Source: an uncultured Planctomycetaceae bacterium | GTDB lineage: Bacteria > Planctomycetota > Planctomycetia > Planctomycetales > Planctomycetaceae | Length of the DNA: 64,000 nt | Direction: 5' to 3' | Assembly: GCA_963815195.1 (NCBI GenBank) | Contig: CAWFGE010000010.1 | Location: forward strand, 64,001 to 128,000 | Shown here: positions 18,384 to 28,655 of the stretch, piece after piece | Numbering within the stretch: position 1 is the stretch's first letter | How the letters are laid out: every line of letters starts with the position of its first letter | Program-made: the position numbers and the translations under genes | The notes under the pieces: generated by a model | What the model was told of the DNA's origin: nothing | The model's database searches: none | The model's input: the letters and a program-made list of their open reading frames with translations, nothing else

Positions 18384-19766
18384 TCAGACTTTGAACTCAA
18401 AGTCCTTGTTGATGCCGGGCATCGGCACAGGGTATTTGCCATCGTCGTCGGGCATCACCGGGGCGGGGCCGTCGGAGGTGAAGTTGGCGACTTCGGGGGC
18501 GAGTTCCACGGGGCAGTTGAGCATTTGATCGAAGGTGATCTCCTGCCCGGTGTGGGCGGCCATGCGGCCCATGCTGGTGGTGAGGCTGGCCTGCACGCCG
18601 CGGGGCACTTCGTTATAAGGCGTATCGGTGATGATCGCCTCGACCAGGTCCTGCCATTCGAGATCGTACGGATTCTTTTCCGGCTGCGGGAACGCCCAGA
18701 GCACGTCTTTGCGGTTCTGGTTCTGGCCTTTGAAGGTGCGGACCTTGCCGGGCGTGTGGCCGGAGGTGGAAACGATCGCCGAGCCTTTGCTGCCGTGCAC
18801 GATGCTCGACATCTGGTTCATGCAGCCGAGCATGGTCCGGCCGTCGAAGAACAGCTTCGCCCCGTCGGGGTAAGTGTATTCGACGGCGTAGGTGTCGAAG
18901 TTTTGATCGACATAATCGCCGCGGTAATGCCGGCCGCCCAGGGCCTGGGCTTTGACGGGCCAGGCGTTTTTCATCCAGCTCGTCTCGTCGATCTGATGGA
19001 TGTAGAAATCGCTGAACAGCCCGCCGCTGGCCCAGATGAAGCTGTGGAACCGCTCGATCTGCCACAGGAGTTCCGGTTTGTCGGCGGGCTTCGGTTTCGA
19101 GAAGCAGCTTCCGACCGGACCGTGCATGCGGTAAGCCCGCATGGTGATGATGTCGCCGATCTCGCCGTTCTGGATCCGCTCGTGGAGTTCCTGCCGGCCC
19201 CGGCAGTGGCGGACCATCAAACCCACCGCCGATTTGATGCCCTTCTCGTCGGCTTTCTTCGCGAGTTCGAGCATGCGTTTGGACGTCGGGCCGTCCGCCG
19301 TCAGCGGCTTTTCCATAAACACGTTGATGCCCTTTTCGATCGCGTATTGATAATGCACCCAGCGAAAGGCGAGCGGGGTCGCGAGGATCACGATGTCGTT
19401 TTTGTTGAGCACGTCCATGGCTTTTTTGAACGCGTCGAAGCCGACGAACCGGTGCTCTTCGGGCACATCGACTTTGCCGGGCTGATTTTGGAAGTTGTCG
19501 GAGAGCGCCTTATGGTGCCGGTCGATCTGATGCGGAAACACATCGGCCATCGCGACAAGTTTTGTTTTGGCGTTCGTGACGGACAGGGCATTGGCGGCGG
19601 CCCCGGTTCCGCGTCCGCCGCAACCGACGAGCGCAATCTGGATCGTCTCGTTCCCATTGGCGGCATACACCTTGGGAAGCGACAGCGCGGCGAAGGCGGA
19701 AGCGGCTCCGGCGGCTTGAATAAACTGGCGGCGATTGGGGCCGTTCGAACCGGTGTCTTTCTTCAT
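18384..19766 (-). CDS. Tat-exported Gfo/Idh/MocA oxidoreductase
   Basis: NRRQFI twin-arginine motif; VGCGGRGTGAA; FMEKP. Confidence 0.92.
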   Translation of the reverse strand: MKKDTGSNGPNRRQFIQAAGAASAFAALSLPKVYAANGNETIQIALVGCGGRGTGAAANALSVTNAKTKLVAMADVFPHQIDRHHKALSDNFQNQPGKVDVPEEHRFVGFDAFKKAMDVLNKNDIVILATPLAFRWVHYQYAIEKGINVFMEKPLTADGPTSKRMLELAKKADEKGIKSAVGLMVRHCRGRQELHERIQNGEIGDIITMRAYRMHGPVGSCFSKPKPADKPELLWQIERFHSFIWASGGLFSDFYIHQIDETSWMKNAWPVKAQALGGRHYRGDYVDQNFDTYAVEYTYPDGAKLFFDGRTMLGCMNQMSSIVHGSKGSAIVSTSGHTPGKVRTFKGQNQNRKDVLWAFPQPEKNPYDLEWQDLVEAIITDTPYNEVPRGVQASLTTSMGRMAAHTGQEITFDQMLNCPVELAPEVANFTSDGPAPVMPDDDGKYPVPMPGINKDFEFKV

Positions 19767-19835
19767 CGTGAGTGTTCCTTTCGTAGGATCGGGTTGGAAA
19801 GTTTTTGGTTTTCGAATTCACGGATTGGGAGTATA

Positions 19836-20029
19836 TAGCCGCGAAGCGGCGGCAGCATATAGCTGCGGGCGTAAGCCCGCAGACCTGATTGCAACAATAC
19901 GTGCAAAGCCGCGAAGCGGCGCTAGCAATGAATGCCTCTCATAATCTTTACGCTCTCGGGAATTGCTGTCGCCGCTCCGCGGCTCACGGATCTTTTTGCT
20001 CTGTTTCTGCTGCCGCCGCTTCGCGGCTA
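19836..20029. repeat. REP family C nested inverted-repeat element
   Basis: perfect 22-bp IR TAGCCGCGAAGCGGCGGCAGCA (19836-57 / 20008-29); second internal arm pair ~19907 / ~19962-84. Confidence 0.85.
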
Positions 20030-20056
20030 AGACATCGGAATTGGATTTCTTTCTCT

Positions 20057-21133
20057 TTACCGCTTATCCTTCGCGCTGTTCCAGTATAAGTTCATCTCTT
20101 CCACGGAGGGAATCTTCATGGGCCGGACGATGCGAAAGCCGAGCCAGGTGGCGTCGGTGTGATACCAGACGCTCTTGGGCAGTTGCGGGTCTTGGACTTT
20201 CCAATCCGGGTCCGAACCTTTGCGGAAGGCGGAGCGGAGTTGCTCGGGATCATCGTCCCAACCGCCGCCGCGCACCGTGCGGGGATACAGCTTCGCCGGT
20301 TTCAAGAACGGATTGTTCGGCGAGTTTTTGATCTTGGAGAAATAATCCGGATCGAACTGGTCCGCGGTCCATTCCATCACATTGCCGTGCATGTCAAAAA
20401 GGCCCCAGGGGTTGGGTTTTTTCGTGCCGACTTTCTGATACTTCTCGTTGCTGTTTTCGTAATACCAGGCATATTCGCCGAGCTTCGACGGATCGTCGCC
20501 GAAGGAATACGCCGTCGTCGTCCCGGCTCGGCAGGCGTATTCCCACTCGGCTTCCGTAGGCAGGCGGTAGAAATGCCCGGTCTGGGCGCTGAGCCATTGG
20601 CAATATTTATTGGCGGCGTGCTGGGTCATGCTGATCGCCGGGTAGCCCCGCTGCCCCATGCCGAAGCTCATCTCCACATAGGGCGCCGTCGGCTGGCTGA
20701 CTGCATCGACCAGCGAATGCTGCTTGGGATCATAGTTTTTGCGGGCTCCGTCTTTGGTGCGGTCCACCTGGGTAATCATATAGGGTTCGTACTCGTCCCA
20801 AGTCACTTCGTATTTGCCGATCCAGAACGGATCGACTTTGACCTTCACCTGCGGGCCTTCGTTGTCCTGGCGGTGGGGTTCCGACTTGGGGCTGCCCATC
20901 AGAAACTCTCCGCCCGGGATGGCGACCATGTGATAGTCGGCCCCGGTTTTGGGAACTTTGCTGGAGTAGTCCTTCAACTCCGATGCTTTGACATCGCCGG
21001 ATTTCTTGGCGATCTCCGCGTGCAGGTTCTTGATGAGTTCCAGATTATCGGGCGATTCGGCAAAGACGACTTGCGAACAAAGACAGACGGCACACAGGGC
21101 CGCGAGAAGGGAAATTCGTTCCAAACACTGCAT
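20057..21133 (-). CDS. formylglycine-generating enzyme (FGE-sulfatase) family protein
   Basis: signal peptide; RLPTEAEWEYACRAG, PNPWGLFDMHGNVMEW, RGGGW, GFRIV. Confidence 0.92.
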   Translation of the reverse strand: MQCLERISLLAALCAVCLCSQVVFAESPDNLELIKNLHAEIAKKSGDVKASELKDYSSKVPKTGADYHMVAIPGGEFLMGSPKSEPHRQDNEGPQVKVKVDPFWIGKYEVTWDEYEPYMITQVDRTKDGARKNYDPKQHSLVDAVSQPTAPYVEMSFGMGQRGYPAISMTQHAANKYCQWLSAQTGHFYRLPTEAEWEYACRAGTTTAYSFGDDPSKLGEYAWYYENSNEKYQKVGTKKPNPWGLFDMHGNVMEWTADQFDPDYFSKIKNSPNNPFLKPAKLYPRTVRGGGWDDDPEQLRSAFRKGSDPDWKVQDPQLPKSVWYHTDATWLGFRIVRPMKIPSVEEMNLYWNSAKDKR

Positions 21134-21232
21134 TTCGATTCACCATCTTGGGGGTTTCGTCAAAGCCTCCATTCTAACCGCGGAGGCCAGAACATGCGAC
21201 GATCCCCAAAAAACCGCAGCGATGATCCGCCG

Positions 21233-22368
21233 TTACCAGTTGGTGAAACTGCCGTCCGGGCGTTGGAGGCGGGGGGAATTGCCTTCGGGGATCGGCGGAA
21301 AGTTGGGGACTTGCGATTCATCAAATTCGATGCCCAATCCCGACCGCGTCGGCGGCAGGAGATGGCCTTGCTCGAACGGAACCTGCACCGGAAACAATTT
21401 CGAGAGCACCTGCCCCGGCAGACGGGCGCATTCCTGCACGGCGAAGTTGCTGAGGGCCAGATCGAGATGCAGGCACGCCGCCGTCGAAACCGGACCCAAC
21501 GGGTTATGCGGAGCGACGGCGATCGAATGGGTTTCGCACCAGCCGGCGATCTTGAGAGCCTCCGTAATCCCGCCCACGATGCACAAATCCATGCGGGCGA
21601 AGTCGGTCCAGTCGTTTTCGATCACATCCTGAAACGCCCACTTGCTGTGGAACTGTTCCCCCACCGCAATCGGCGTCGCGGTCTGCTCGCGGAGTCTGCC
21701 GAAGAGCCGCGGGGCGTTCGGAGCGAATCGGATCCTCCACGAAAAACGGCTTGAGCGGTTCCAAAGCCCGGCAGAGCGTCAGCGCATCCACGGGATCGAG
21801 GCGGGTGTGCACGTCGATGATGATTTCAATCTCCTCGCCCACGGCTTCGCGGACCGCGGCGACCTGCCGGACGCCTCGCGGATGGCGGTGCGGGGATCGA
21901 ACCGCCCGGCCCCTGTGTCGGAATATCGAAGCGAACGAACCGCCAGCCCTCGGCGACTTTCTGCCGGGCGTCGGCCACGAGATCGGCCGCCCGTTCGCCG
22001 CGAACGTGCGGATAACACACGACGCGCTCGCGCACAAGACCGCCGAGCAATTGATACAGCGGCACGTTCGAGGCTTGGGCTTTGATGTCCCAGAGGGCGA
22101 TGTCGATTGCACTCACCGCGGCCGCCGCCACGCCCACCGCCGGGAAGAACCCGCCCCGCGACATGACCTGCCAAAGGTGCTCCGTGCGGAAGGGATCTTC
22201 GCCCAGAAGCGAAGGTTTGAGGGCCTCGACGTAGCCGGCGGTCGCGTGTTCCTTCCAGGTGATCCCGCCTTCGCCGACGCCGCGGATCCCCGCATCGGTC
22301 TCGACGGTGACGAACAGAAAGTTGCGCGCCTCGGCGACGATGTGCGTTTTGATGTCGGTGATTTTCAT
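21233..22368 (-). CDS. mandelate racemase / galactonate dehydratase-like enolase-superfamily enzyme; 2-3 frameshifts
   Basis: MKITDIK, SAIDIALWDIK, DVHTR, EDP, GEQF, APHNPLGP spread over several frames. Confidence 0.85.
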
Positions 22369-22399
22369 GGGGACAACCTTTTGGCAATCTCTGCGGCCA

Positions 22400-22460
22400 G
22401 GGTAGCACGCTGAGGAACAAAAGGCGTAGTCTTGACGACCGCCACGCCCTTCGCTGCACC
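22400..22460. repeat. degenerate REP family B doublet
   Basis: gggtagcacgctgaggaacaaaaggcgt...ccacgcccttcgctgc resembles 17793-17872. Confidence 0.6.
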
Positions 22461-22462
22461 CC

Positions 22463-23056
22463 CTACGCCGCCGACTCATCAGAAAAATCGACGTGGAGCA
22501 CCCTTGCGAGTGCTTTGCCGAGGTAAGAAGTCTGATTATCTTTTTCGAATCTACTCTTGCGTGACCACGACGAACGAATCAGTTCCGTGGACGTGCCATT
22601 CGAATGCACAATTATTAGTCTGGCCCGGTTGCAATACGAATCTTTAACCAATGCAACAGCTTTAATGTCCATACGCTCAACGATAGCACAATGGAAGTTC
22701 CTATAGAAAATAGCTAAAGCACCGGATGAATGGCTGAAAGTGATAGACCGTAGCCGATGCTCCCGCCAAATATTCATAAGCAGTTTTAACAACATATAGA
22801 CAGCATATGCCCCTGCCAGCACCGCGAGAATTGTAAAAAATAAGTATTGAAACGGTCTATATTCACCAGTTACGGGGAATTTAAAAACGTCTAAAATATA
22901 TATTACCACCGATGCCGAAACCACGATTGAAGCTACTAGGAAAGCCTCGCATACTACTGATGTGATTTTCCATTTGGAAATGAGAGCCCATTGTTCGCCC
23001 GTCTGAATAATCTGCACTGTAGAATGTTGCAGTTCAATTCGGTGTTCTTCCGCCAC
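22463..23056 (-). CDS. AT-rich hypothetical membrane protein (2 TMs)
   Basis: GGAGGT then GTG start; visibly lower GC than the flanks. Confidence 0.7.
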   Translation of the reverse strand: MAEEHRIELQHSTVQIIQTGEQWALISKWKITSVVCEAFLVASIVVSASVVIYILDVFKFPVTGEYRPFQYLFFTILAVLAGAYAVYMLLKLLMNIWREHRLRSITFSHSSGALAIFYRNFHCAIVERMDIKAVALVKDSYCNRARLIIVHSNGTSTELIRSSWSRKSRFEKDNQTSYLGKALARVLHVDFSDESAA

Positions 23057-23180
23057 TTGACACCTCCATTACATGCTATCTCGGATCGACCGCAAACCAA
23101 GACACGTCCAATAGGAACGATGTCCTGCCGCGTTCGCGGCGCGTTTTGATGTCGGTAATGTTCATAGTGGCGGCTTTGGG

Positions 23181-23984
23181 CTATGTCGGCTTCAACCGGT
23201 CGCCCGCTTCGCGGAAGGCGGGGGCGTTGGCGTTGAAGTTGTGGAGCAAGGGGATCAGTGTTTCGGGGGTGGAATTGGTCTTCAAGTATTGGCTCGTCAG
23301 GCTTTCGCAGTTTGGCTGAGACGCGGGGCCGTAGCAACCGTAGCAGCCGCGGTTGTAAGACGGGCAAATCGCCCCGCAGCCGGTGTGGGTGATCGGCCCC
23401 AGGCAGGGAATGCCTTGGGCGACTTCGACGCACACCGTGCCCCGGCGTTTGCAATCGAGACAGACGCTGTGCACCGGCGTCCGCGGTTTGCGGCCGGCGA
23501 TCAGCGATTTCAAGACCTCCACCAATTGGTGCCGATTGATCGGGCAGCCCCGCAGTTCGAAATCGACCCGGACATGTTCGCCGATCGCCGTGGACGTGGC
23601 GAGGGTCGAGATGTATTCGGGGCTCGCGTAAACGCAGCGGAGGAACTCCTCGTGGTCGGCCCAGTTCTTGAGCGACTGGATCCCGCCCGCCGTGGCGCAG
23701 GCTCCGATCGTCACCAGATACCGCGATTGCCGGCGGACTTCTTGAATCCGCCGGGCATCGTTCGGCGTCGTGATCGAACCTTCCACCAGAGCGATATCGT
23801 AGGGGCCGGGTTCGATGTGGCTCGTGGCTTCCAGGAAATACACGATGTCCACCGCACCGGCGATTCCCAAAAGCTCGTCTTCGCAGTCGAGCAGCGACAA
23901 CTGGCAGCCGTCGCAGGAGGCGAACTTGAACACCGCCAGCCGGGGTTTGGGCCGGACATTGGGGAGGGTTTGTTGGACTGTCAC
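23181..23984 (-). CDS. NiFe-hydrogenase small (delta) subunit, group 3b / sulfhydrogenase type
   Basis: ASCDGCQ, VEGSI, IGACATAGG, LRGCP, CLGPIT, GCYGC; GTGA overlap with gamma. Confidence 0.9.
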   Translation of the reverse strand: MTVQQTLPNVRPKPRLAVFKFASCDGCQLSLLDCEDELLGIAGAVDIVYFLEATSHIEPGPYDIALVEGSITTPNDARRIQEVRRQSRYLVTIGACATAGGIQSLKNWADHEEFLRCVYASPEYISTLATSTAIGEHVRVDFELRGCPINRHQLVEVLKSLIAGRKPRTPVHSVCLDCKRRGTVCVEVAQGIPCLGPITHTGCGAICPSYNRGCYGCYGPASQPNCESLTSQYLKTNSTPETLIPLLHNFNANAPAFREAGDRLKPT

Positions 23985-24835
23985 AGATCGTCCACCTTCA
24001 AAAACGGAGCGACTCGGTCGTAGCGGAACACGGGGCCGTCCTTGCAAATGAACTCGGGACCGAACTGGCAATGCCCGCAGAGGCCGATGGCGCAGTTCAT
24101 GTTCCGCTCGAGCGAAAGGTACAGGTTCTTTTCCGGGAGGCCGCGAGCTTTGGCCGATTGAATCGTGTACCACATCATGACTTCGGGGCCGCAGGTGAAG
24201 AGGATCGTCTCCTCCGGCTGGGGCAACGCCGTTCGGTCCAAAAGCAGCGTGACGACTCCGACGTGCCCGCTCCAACTGTCGGTGGTGCGGTCCACGGTCA
24301 AGTCGATGTTTAGCCCGGCGGCGCGCCAAATGTCATATTCGCGGGAATACAAGATGCCCTCGGGCGTCCGTGAACCATAAAGCAGCGTCAGTTGTCCGAA
24401 GCGGTCCCGATGATTGAGCAGTTCATAAATCACCGGCCGCAACGGAGCCAGCCCAATGCCGCCGGCGACCAGGATCACGTCTTTGCCTTCGCAGTCGGCC
24501 ATCGGCCAGGCGGAGCCGAACGGCCCGCGAAGTCCGAAGCCCGCCTTCTCGCCCAAGCGGGCGAGCGTTTGCGTGACATTGCCCGCCTCGCGAATGGTGT
24601 GGGGCAATCTTTTGACGTCGGCGGGATCGCCGCTGACCGAAATCGCGATCTCCCCCACGCCCGGCAGATAGAGCATGTTGAACTGGCCGGGCTGAAACCG
24701 ATACGCGGCAGCCACGTCTTGGTTGGGGAAGATCAGTTCATAGGTCGCAACGCCGGGCGTTTCCGGAAGGATGCGGTCGATCGTCACCGGCTGCGCGAGC
24801 CAGGGATTCGTCGGCGGGCAGGCGGCGTGGTTCAT
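23981..24835 (-). CDS. sulfhydrogenase gamma-like FAD/NAD(P)-binding 2Fe-2S subunit
   Basis: PGQFNML, RGPFG, AGGIGLAPLR, CGPE, ERNMNCAIGLCGHC...CKDGPV. Confidence 0.92.
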   Translation of the reverse strand: MNHAACPPTNPWLAQPVTIDRILPETPGVATYELIFPNQDVAAAYRFQPGQFNMLYLPGVGEIAISVSGDPADVKRLPHTIREAGNVTQTLARLGEKAGFGLRGPFGSAWPMADCEGKDVILVAGGIGLAPLRPVIYELLNHRDRFGQLTLLYGSRTPEGILYSREYDIWRAAGLNIDLTVDRTTDSWSGHVGVVTLLLDRTALPQPEETILFTCGPEVMMWYTIQSAKARGLPEKNLYLSLERNMNCAIGLCGHCQFGPEFICKDGPVFRYDRVAPFLKVDDL

Positions 24836-25980
24836 GGGGCATCAGCCTTCTGGTTCTCGGCGGTCGTCTGCCGGATTGCGGCGACTTCTTCAGTGAGGTC
24901 GATCTCCACCGGGCACCACGTGATGCACCGCCCGCAGCCCACGCAGCCCGAAGTGCCGAACTGGTCGTGCCAGGACGCCAGCTTGTGCGTCAGCCATTGC
25001 CGATATCGGCTGCGGATGTCATTGCGGATCACGCCGCCGTTCATGTAACTGAAATCGACGTTAAAACAGGAATCCCATTGCCGCTGCCGTTCGACATGAT
25101 CGCCCGCCAGGTCGCTGACTTCCGTCACGCTCGAGCAAAAACACGTCGGGCAGACCATGGTGCAGTTCGTGCAGGACAGGCATCTTTGGGCGACATCGTC
25201 CCAGCGGGGATGATTGAGATTCCCCAAGAGCAAATCGCGGATGCCCTCGGTGTCCATTGTCTTGGTGATTTGATCGACCGCCTGCTGGCGGGCCGCGTCG
25301 GCGTGTTCGAGTTGATCGTTCGCGGCCGGGCCGGCGGGGAGTTTCGCGAGCAAGTCCCGGCCTTTGTCCGTGCCGACTTCCACCACGAAACCCTCGGCGA
25401 TTTCGGTCAACGCCAGATCGAAGCCGCTCCGGCAGCGCGGGCCGGTGTTCATGGACGTGCAAAAACAGGTCGCCGCCGCTTGGGTGCAATTCACCGCGAC
25501 GAGAAAGGCCGACGCCCGGCGGTGCTGATAGATCGGATCGACATACGGCCCGTGGAGAAACGTGCGGTCTTGCACTTCGATCGCGGCGATCTCGCAGGCC
25601 CTTACGCCGAGAAAGGCGTACTTCGTTTGATCGGGATCGGGCGTTCGCATGTCCCAACCGGTCTCGCAGCGGTCGGCCGTCGCCATGGTCGCGAAGGAAG
25701 GGAACAGAAACCGCTTCCAGGAATGCGGCCCCACGACGTAGCCGAAGTAGGCTTCATCCTCCCGGCGTTCCAGGCGGTATCGCCCCGCTTGCTGCTGGTC
25801 GGTCCAGCCCCGCGGCAGATCGTCCACGGATCGAATCTCATCATAGATGATCGCCCCCTGATCGATCGTCGGCCCGACGACTTGATAGCCCTCGGCAGCC
25901 AATGCATCGATCAGCGCCACGAGCTTGTCCGTGGGCAAGAACTCGGCGGCGGGTTGCGGTGTGGTCGGGTTGTTCGGCAC
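24832..25980 (-). CDS. sulfhydrogenase beta-like 4Fe-4S subunit
   Basis: GVRACE, CLSCTNCTMVCPTCFC, WDSC, CVGCGRCITWCP. Confidence 0.92.
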   Translation of the reverse strand: MPNNPTTPQPAAEFLPTDKLVALIDALAAEGYQVVGPTIDQGAIIYDEIRSVDDLPRGWTDQQQAGRYRLERREDEAYFGYVVGPHSWKRFLFPSFATMATADRCETGWDMRTPDPDQTKYAFLGVRACEIAAIEVQDRTFLHGPYVDPIYQHRRASAFLVAVNCTQAAATCFCTSMNTGPRCRSGFDLALTEIAEGFVVEVGTDKGRDLLAKLPAGPAANDQLEHADAARQQAVDQITKTMDTEGIRDLLLGNLNHPRWDDVAQRCLSCTNCTMVCPTCFCSSVTEVSDLAGDHVERQRQWDSCFNVDFSYMNGGVIRNDIRSRYRQWLTHKLASWHDQFGTSGCVGCGRCITWCPVEIDLTEEVAAIRQTTAENQKADAP

Positions 25981-25998
25981 GAGGCTTCGTTCCCTTCT

Positions 25999-26475
25999 TC
26001 AGGCGGGCTGCGTTTCCTGATACAGATCCAAAAGTTGCAACCGGGTCGCCAGCAACCGGCGGGCGACCGCGACCGCCATCCGCCGCATCACCGCATAGCC
26101 CACGTCCCGGTCGGCGTCGCAAAGCGACTGCAATTCTCCCGCGGGGAACGCAACCAATGTGGCGGCTTCGACGATCGTCGCCATCGCGGTCATCCGCTGG
26201 TCGGTCAACAACGCCGACCACGCAAGAATCTCGCCCGGCCCGATTGTCAAAATCCGCACCTGGCCGCGGCGGGGAACATGCATGTCGAGCGCCACCCGGC
26301 CTTCGACGACCAGATACAGCGTGTCCGACTCCGCCCCTTCGCGAAACAGGACCACGCCCCTATCCCTTTGCTCCACCGCCGCAAGGTTCGCGACTTTCTC
26401 GAGGTCTTCGCGGGAGAGTTCCTTGAGAAAACCGGCGGCTTTCATCAAGGCGAGAGCCGGCGGGGGCGCGGTCAT
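25999..26475 (-). CDS. stand-alone cyclic nucleotide-binding domain protein
   Basis: LFREG...LYLVVEG...GPGEILAWSALL; no HTH; first gene of the hydrogenase operon. Confidence 0.88.
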   Translation of the reverse strand: MTAPPPALALMKAAGFLKELSREDLEKVANLAAVEQRDRGVVLFREGAESDTLYLVVEGRVALDMHVPRRGQVRILTIGPGEILAWSALLTDQRMTAMATIVEAATLVAFPAGELQSLCDADRDVGYAVMRRMAVAVARRLLATRLQLLDLYQETQPA

Positions 26476-26680
26476 GGCGAGTCCTTCCTGGGCAACGGAC
26501 GGCGGCTACTGGATTTTGGACTTGCCGAATCATAGCCCATGAAACCCATCCGGAACAAGAATCATCCTTTCGTCATGGGCACGTCGCGGCGGCTTTTGCC
26601 GCCGTCGATCCATCTCGGCGGGTGGACGCCGCCGCTACGGATGATGTGCGGACGTTACAAACGCCGAACCGCAATCGCGC

Positions 26681-26721
26681 AAAAACAAAACGCCGGCACA
26701 CCATTCGGGGCGTGCCGGCGT
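26681..26721 (-). terminator. intrinsic terminator of the porin gene
   Basis: ACGCCGGCAC/GTGCCGGCGT stem with an A-run on the + side. Confidence 0.6.
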
Positions 26722-26744
26722 CCGTTCGAAATTGATCCGCCGGG

Positions 26745-28352
26745 TTAATAGTTCCAGTTCACGCCGAAGTTGTAGCTTTGCACGTACCAGCTTGTTTCCT
26801 GATCGGTGCGGATGGCGGGGATCAGGGGGAAGCCGTTGTATTGGACGGTGCGGTTCGGGCGTTGGACGTTGTAGGCCGCCTGGATTTGATATCCGATGCG
26901 GAAGTTCGCTTCGCTCAGAAAATGCACTTTGCGGATGAGCGGGATGTACTGAAACACATGGGCCTGGAAGGAGACCTCGTGGGAGGTGATCGGCGAGAGC
27001 AAGGTGTGCTCTTGCTTTTCGTGGAACCGGGCCGTTTGACTGAAAAACCCGCTGGCCGGATCGCCCACGCCGAAACTGCTGAGTTCCAGGCGTTGGTGAT
27101 TCATCGCCAGCCCGAAGTTGGAGTGGCCGATGAGCTTCAAGTTGTCGCCTCCGACCTGAAACCGCAATCCAACCTGCGGCCCGAACAGGAACGAGTTGAC
27201 TTTGGAGACGATCTGCGATTCAAAAGGCGTGCCCGCCACGAATGATGTGGGATTTTCGAGCCCCGGCGGAACGTTGAAGGTCACGGTGCCGCCGGAGTCG
27301 GCCGCGTTTAGCATAAATTCTTCGCCGATGTATAAAAACTGCATGCCGGCGGTCGGGGCGAACTGATACCAGTCGTCTTTCCAAAAGGGCGTGAACAGCC
27401 AATTCATGTCGCCGCCCCCGGCCACGGTTTGGTAATCCAATTGAAAGAGGCGGTCATAGGTGACGTAGGTCCCGTTGATGGTGCCGTTGACGCCGTCGGG
27501 GATCCCGTCATTCAACGGCAGGGCGTTGGTAATCACGAGCGGTTTGCCGAGTGCGGATTCGGTGCGGTTCGCGATTTCCTGAGGCGTCGCATTAAAGCCG
27601 CGGGAATACAGCCAGTGCGCCTGCGGCGTATACCAGCCGGAAAAGATCATGCCGTCGCCGGTCGGCTCCTGAAATCCAAAATCGATTTTGAATCCATTGA
27701 CGGCGGGCCGGCTTTGCAGATGCCGTTCGTTGACGGCGACGTTGCTCACCGAGCCGCCCGTCTGGTTTTGGGTGGTCCCGGTCCCGCCACCGGTCGTTCC
27801 GCCGCCCAGACCGTGGAAGTTGCCCAAAAACGAATCGTATAAGACGCCGGTGTCCACAGGCAAAAACTCGGTCGCCACTCCCGCCGCCGTGTTGGTTTGG
27901 GGGGCGATGATCGACCCGACTTTCGTGGACGTGGGGCGTTCATAATGGGCAAAACGGTAATCGACGTTCGTGAAATACCGCCGGGAGGAGTTGTTTTTGC
28001 GAAGGAACCAGAGGCCGCCTTCGTTGGTGTGCTCGACGAAGCGGTTCTCGAACGGCGAAATCGCCGGCCAAGGCTTCTGATCGGGCAAATAACCCGGACC
28101 GCCATTTTGCCCAGCCGCAATCGGATCCCACGCCCCGGAGGGCGGCGGAGCCGGCGGCGGGACGACGGGACGGATTCCCGCAGGATAGCCCGGCAATCCC
28201 GGTCCCGCGGGACTCGGCGAATAAAGAGGGATGCCCGCACTTTCCCCGCCGGGAATGCTTCCCAATTCTTGCTGCTGAGCCCACGCGGCCTGACCCCCCG
28301 CAGAAAGGGCCAGTCCGCTCAAAATCGAGGCAATCCAGGGGTGTACCCGCAT
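26745..28352 (-). CDS. planctomycete outer-membrane beta-barrel (BBP7-like)
   Basis: signal peptide, Pro-rich N-region, amphipathic strands, NSFLFGPQVG, C-terminal NFGVNWNY. Confidence 0.7.
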   Translation of the reverse strand: MRVHPWIASILSGLALSAGGQAAWAQQQELGSIPGGESAGIPLYSPSPAGPGLPGYPAGIRPVVPPPAPPPSGAWDPIAAGQNGGPGYLPDQKPWPAISPFENRFVEHTNEGGLWFLRKNNSSRRYFTNVDYRFAHYERPTSTKVGSIIAPQTNTAAGVATEFLPVDTGVLYDSFLGNFHGLGGGTTGGGTGTTQNQTGGSVSNVAVNERHLQSRPAVNGFKIDFGFQEPTGDGMIFSGWYTPQAHWLYSRGFNATPQEIANRTESALGKPLVITNALPLNDGIPDGVNGTINGTYVTYDRLFQLDYQTVAGGGDMNWLFTPFWKDDWYQFAPTAGMQFLYIGEEFMLNAADSGGTVTFNVPPGLENPTSFVAGTPFESQIVSKVNSFLFGPQVGLRFQVGGDNLKLIGHSNFGLAMNHQRLELSSFGVGDPASGFFSQTARFHEKQEHTLLSPITSHEVSFQAHVFQYIPLIRKVHFLSEANFRIGYQIQAAYNVQRPNRTVQYNGFPLIPAIRTDQETSWYVQSYNFGVNWNY

Positions 28353-28655
28353 CAGTTTATCCTTGACAAACAGCAGTCACGGGGGCGCAGACTCCGCTTC
28401 AAGGCTCATTGGACAACGAGCGCAAGCAAAGCACCTGCAACACCTATCGGACCTGAAGCGCGGCAAACTGTAGCGGTTATCCCGAAAAATAGGATTCTAC
28501 GGGTTGTTTGGGTGGACAGGCCTGAAAGCGGAGAGCCGCGAAAACCTCGCTCGAACATCCGGCCAGAATACCCGCTCGTCCAAGCGTCCATCCAGCAATT
28601 CAATTCGTGAATGATTCCTTCCGAATCGCCGTTGCAGGCCCACTTTTCTGAAATT

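Noticed and set aside
20057..21133. FGE-domain gene as a DGR target
   Set aside because: No reverse transcriptase or template repeat seen in the window
23985..24329. N-terminal extension of the delta subunit in the ORF track
   Set aside because: Overlaps the gamma gene; the GTGA overlap at 23981-84 marks the likely start
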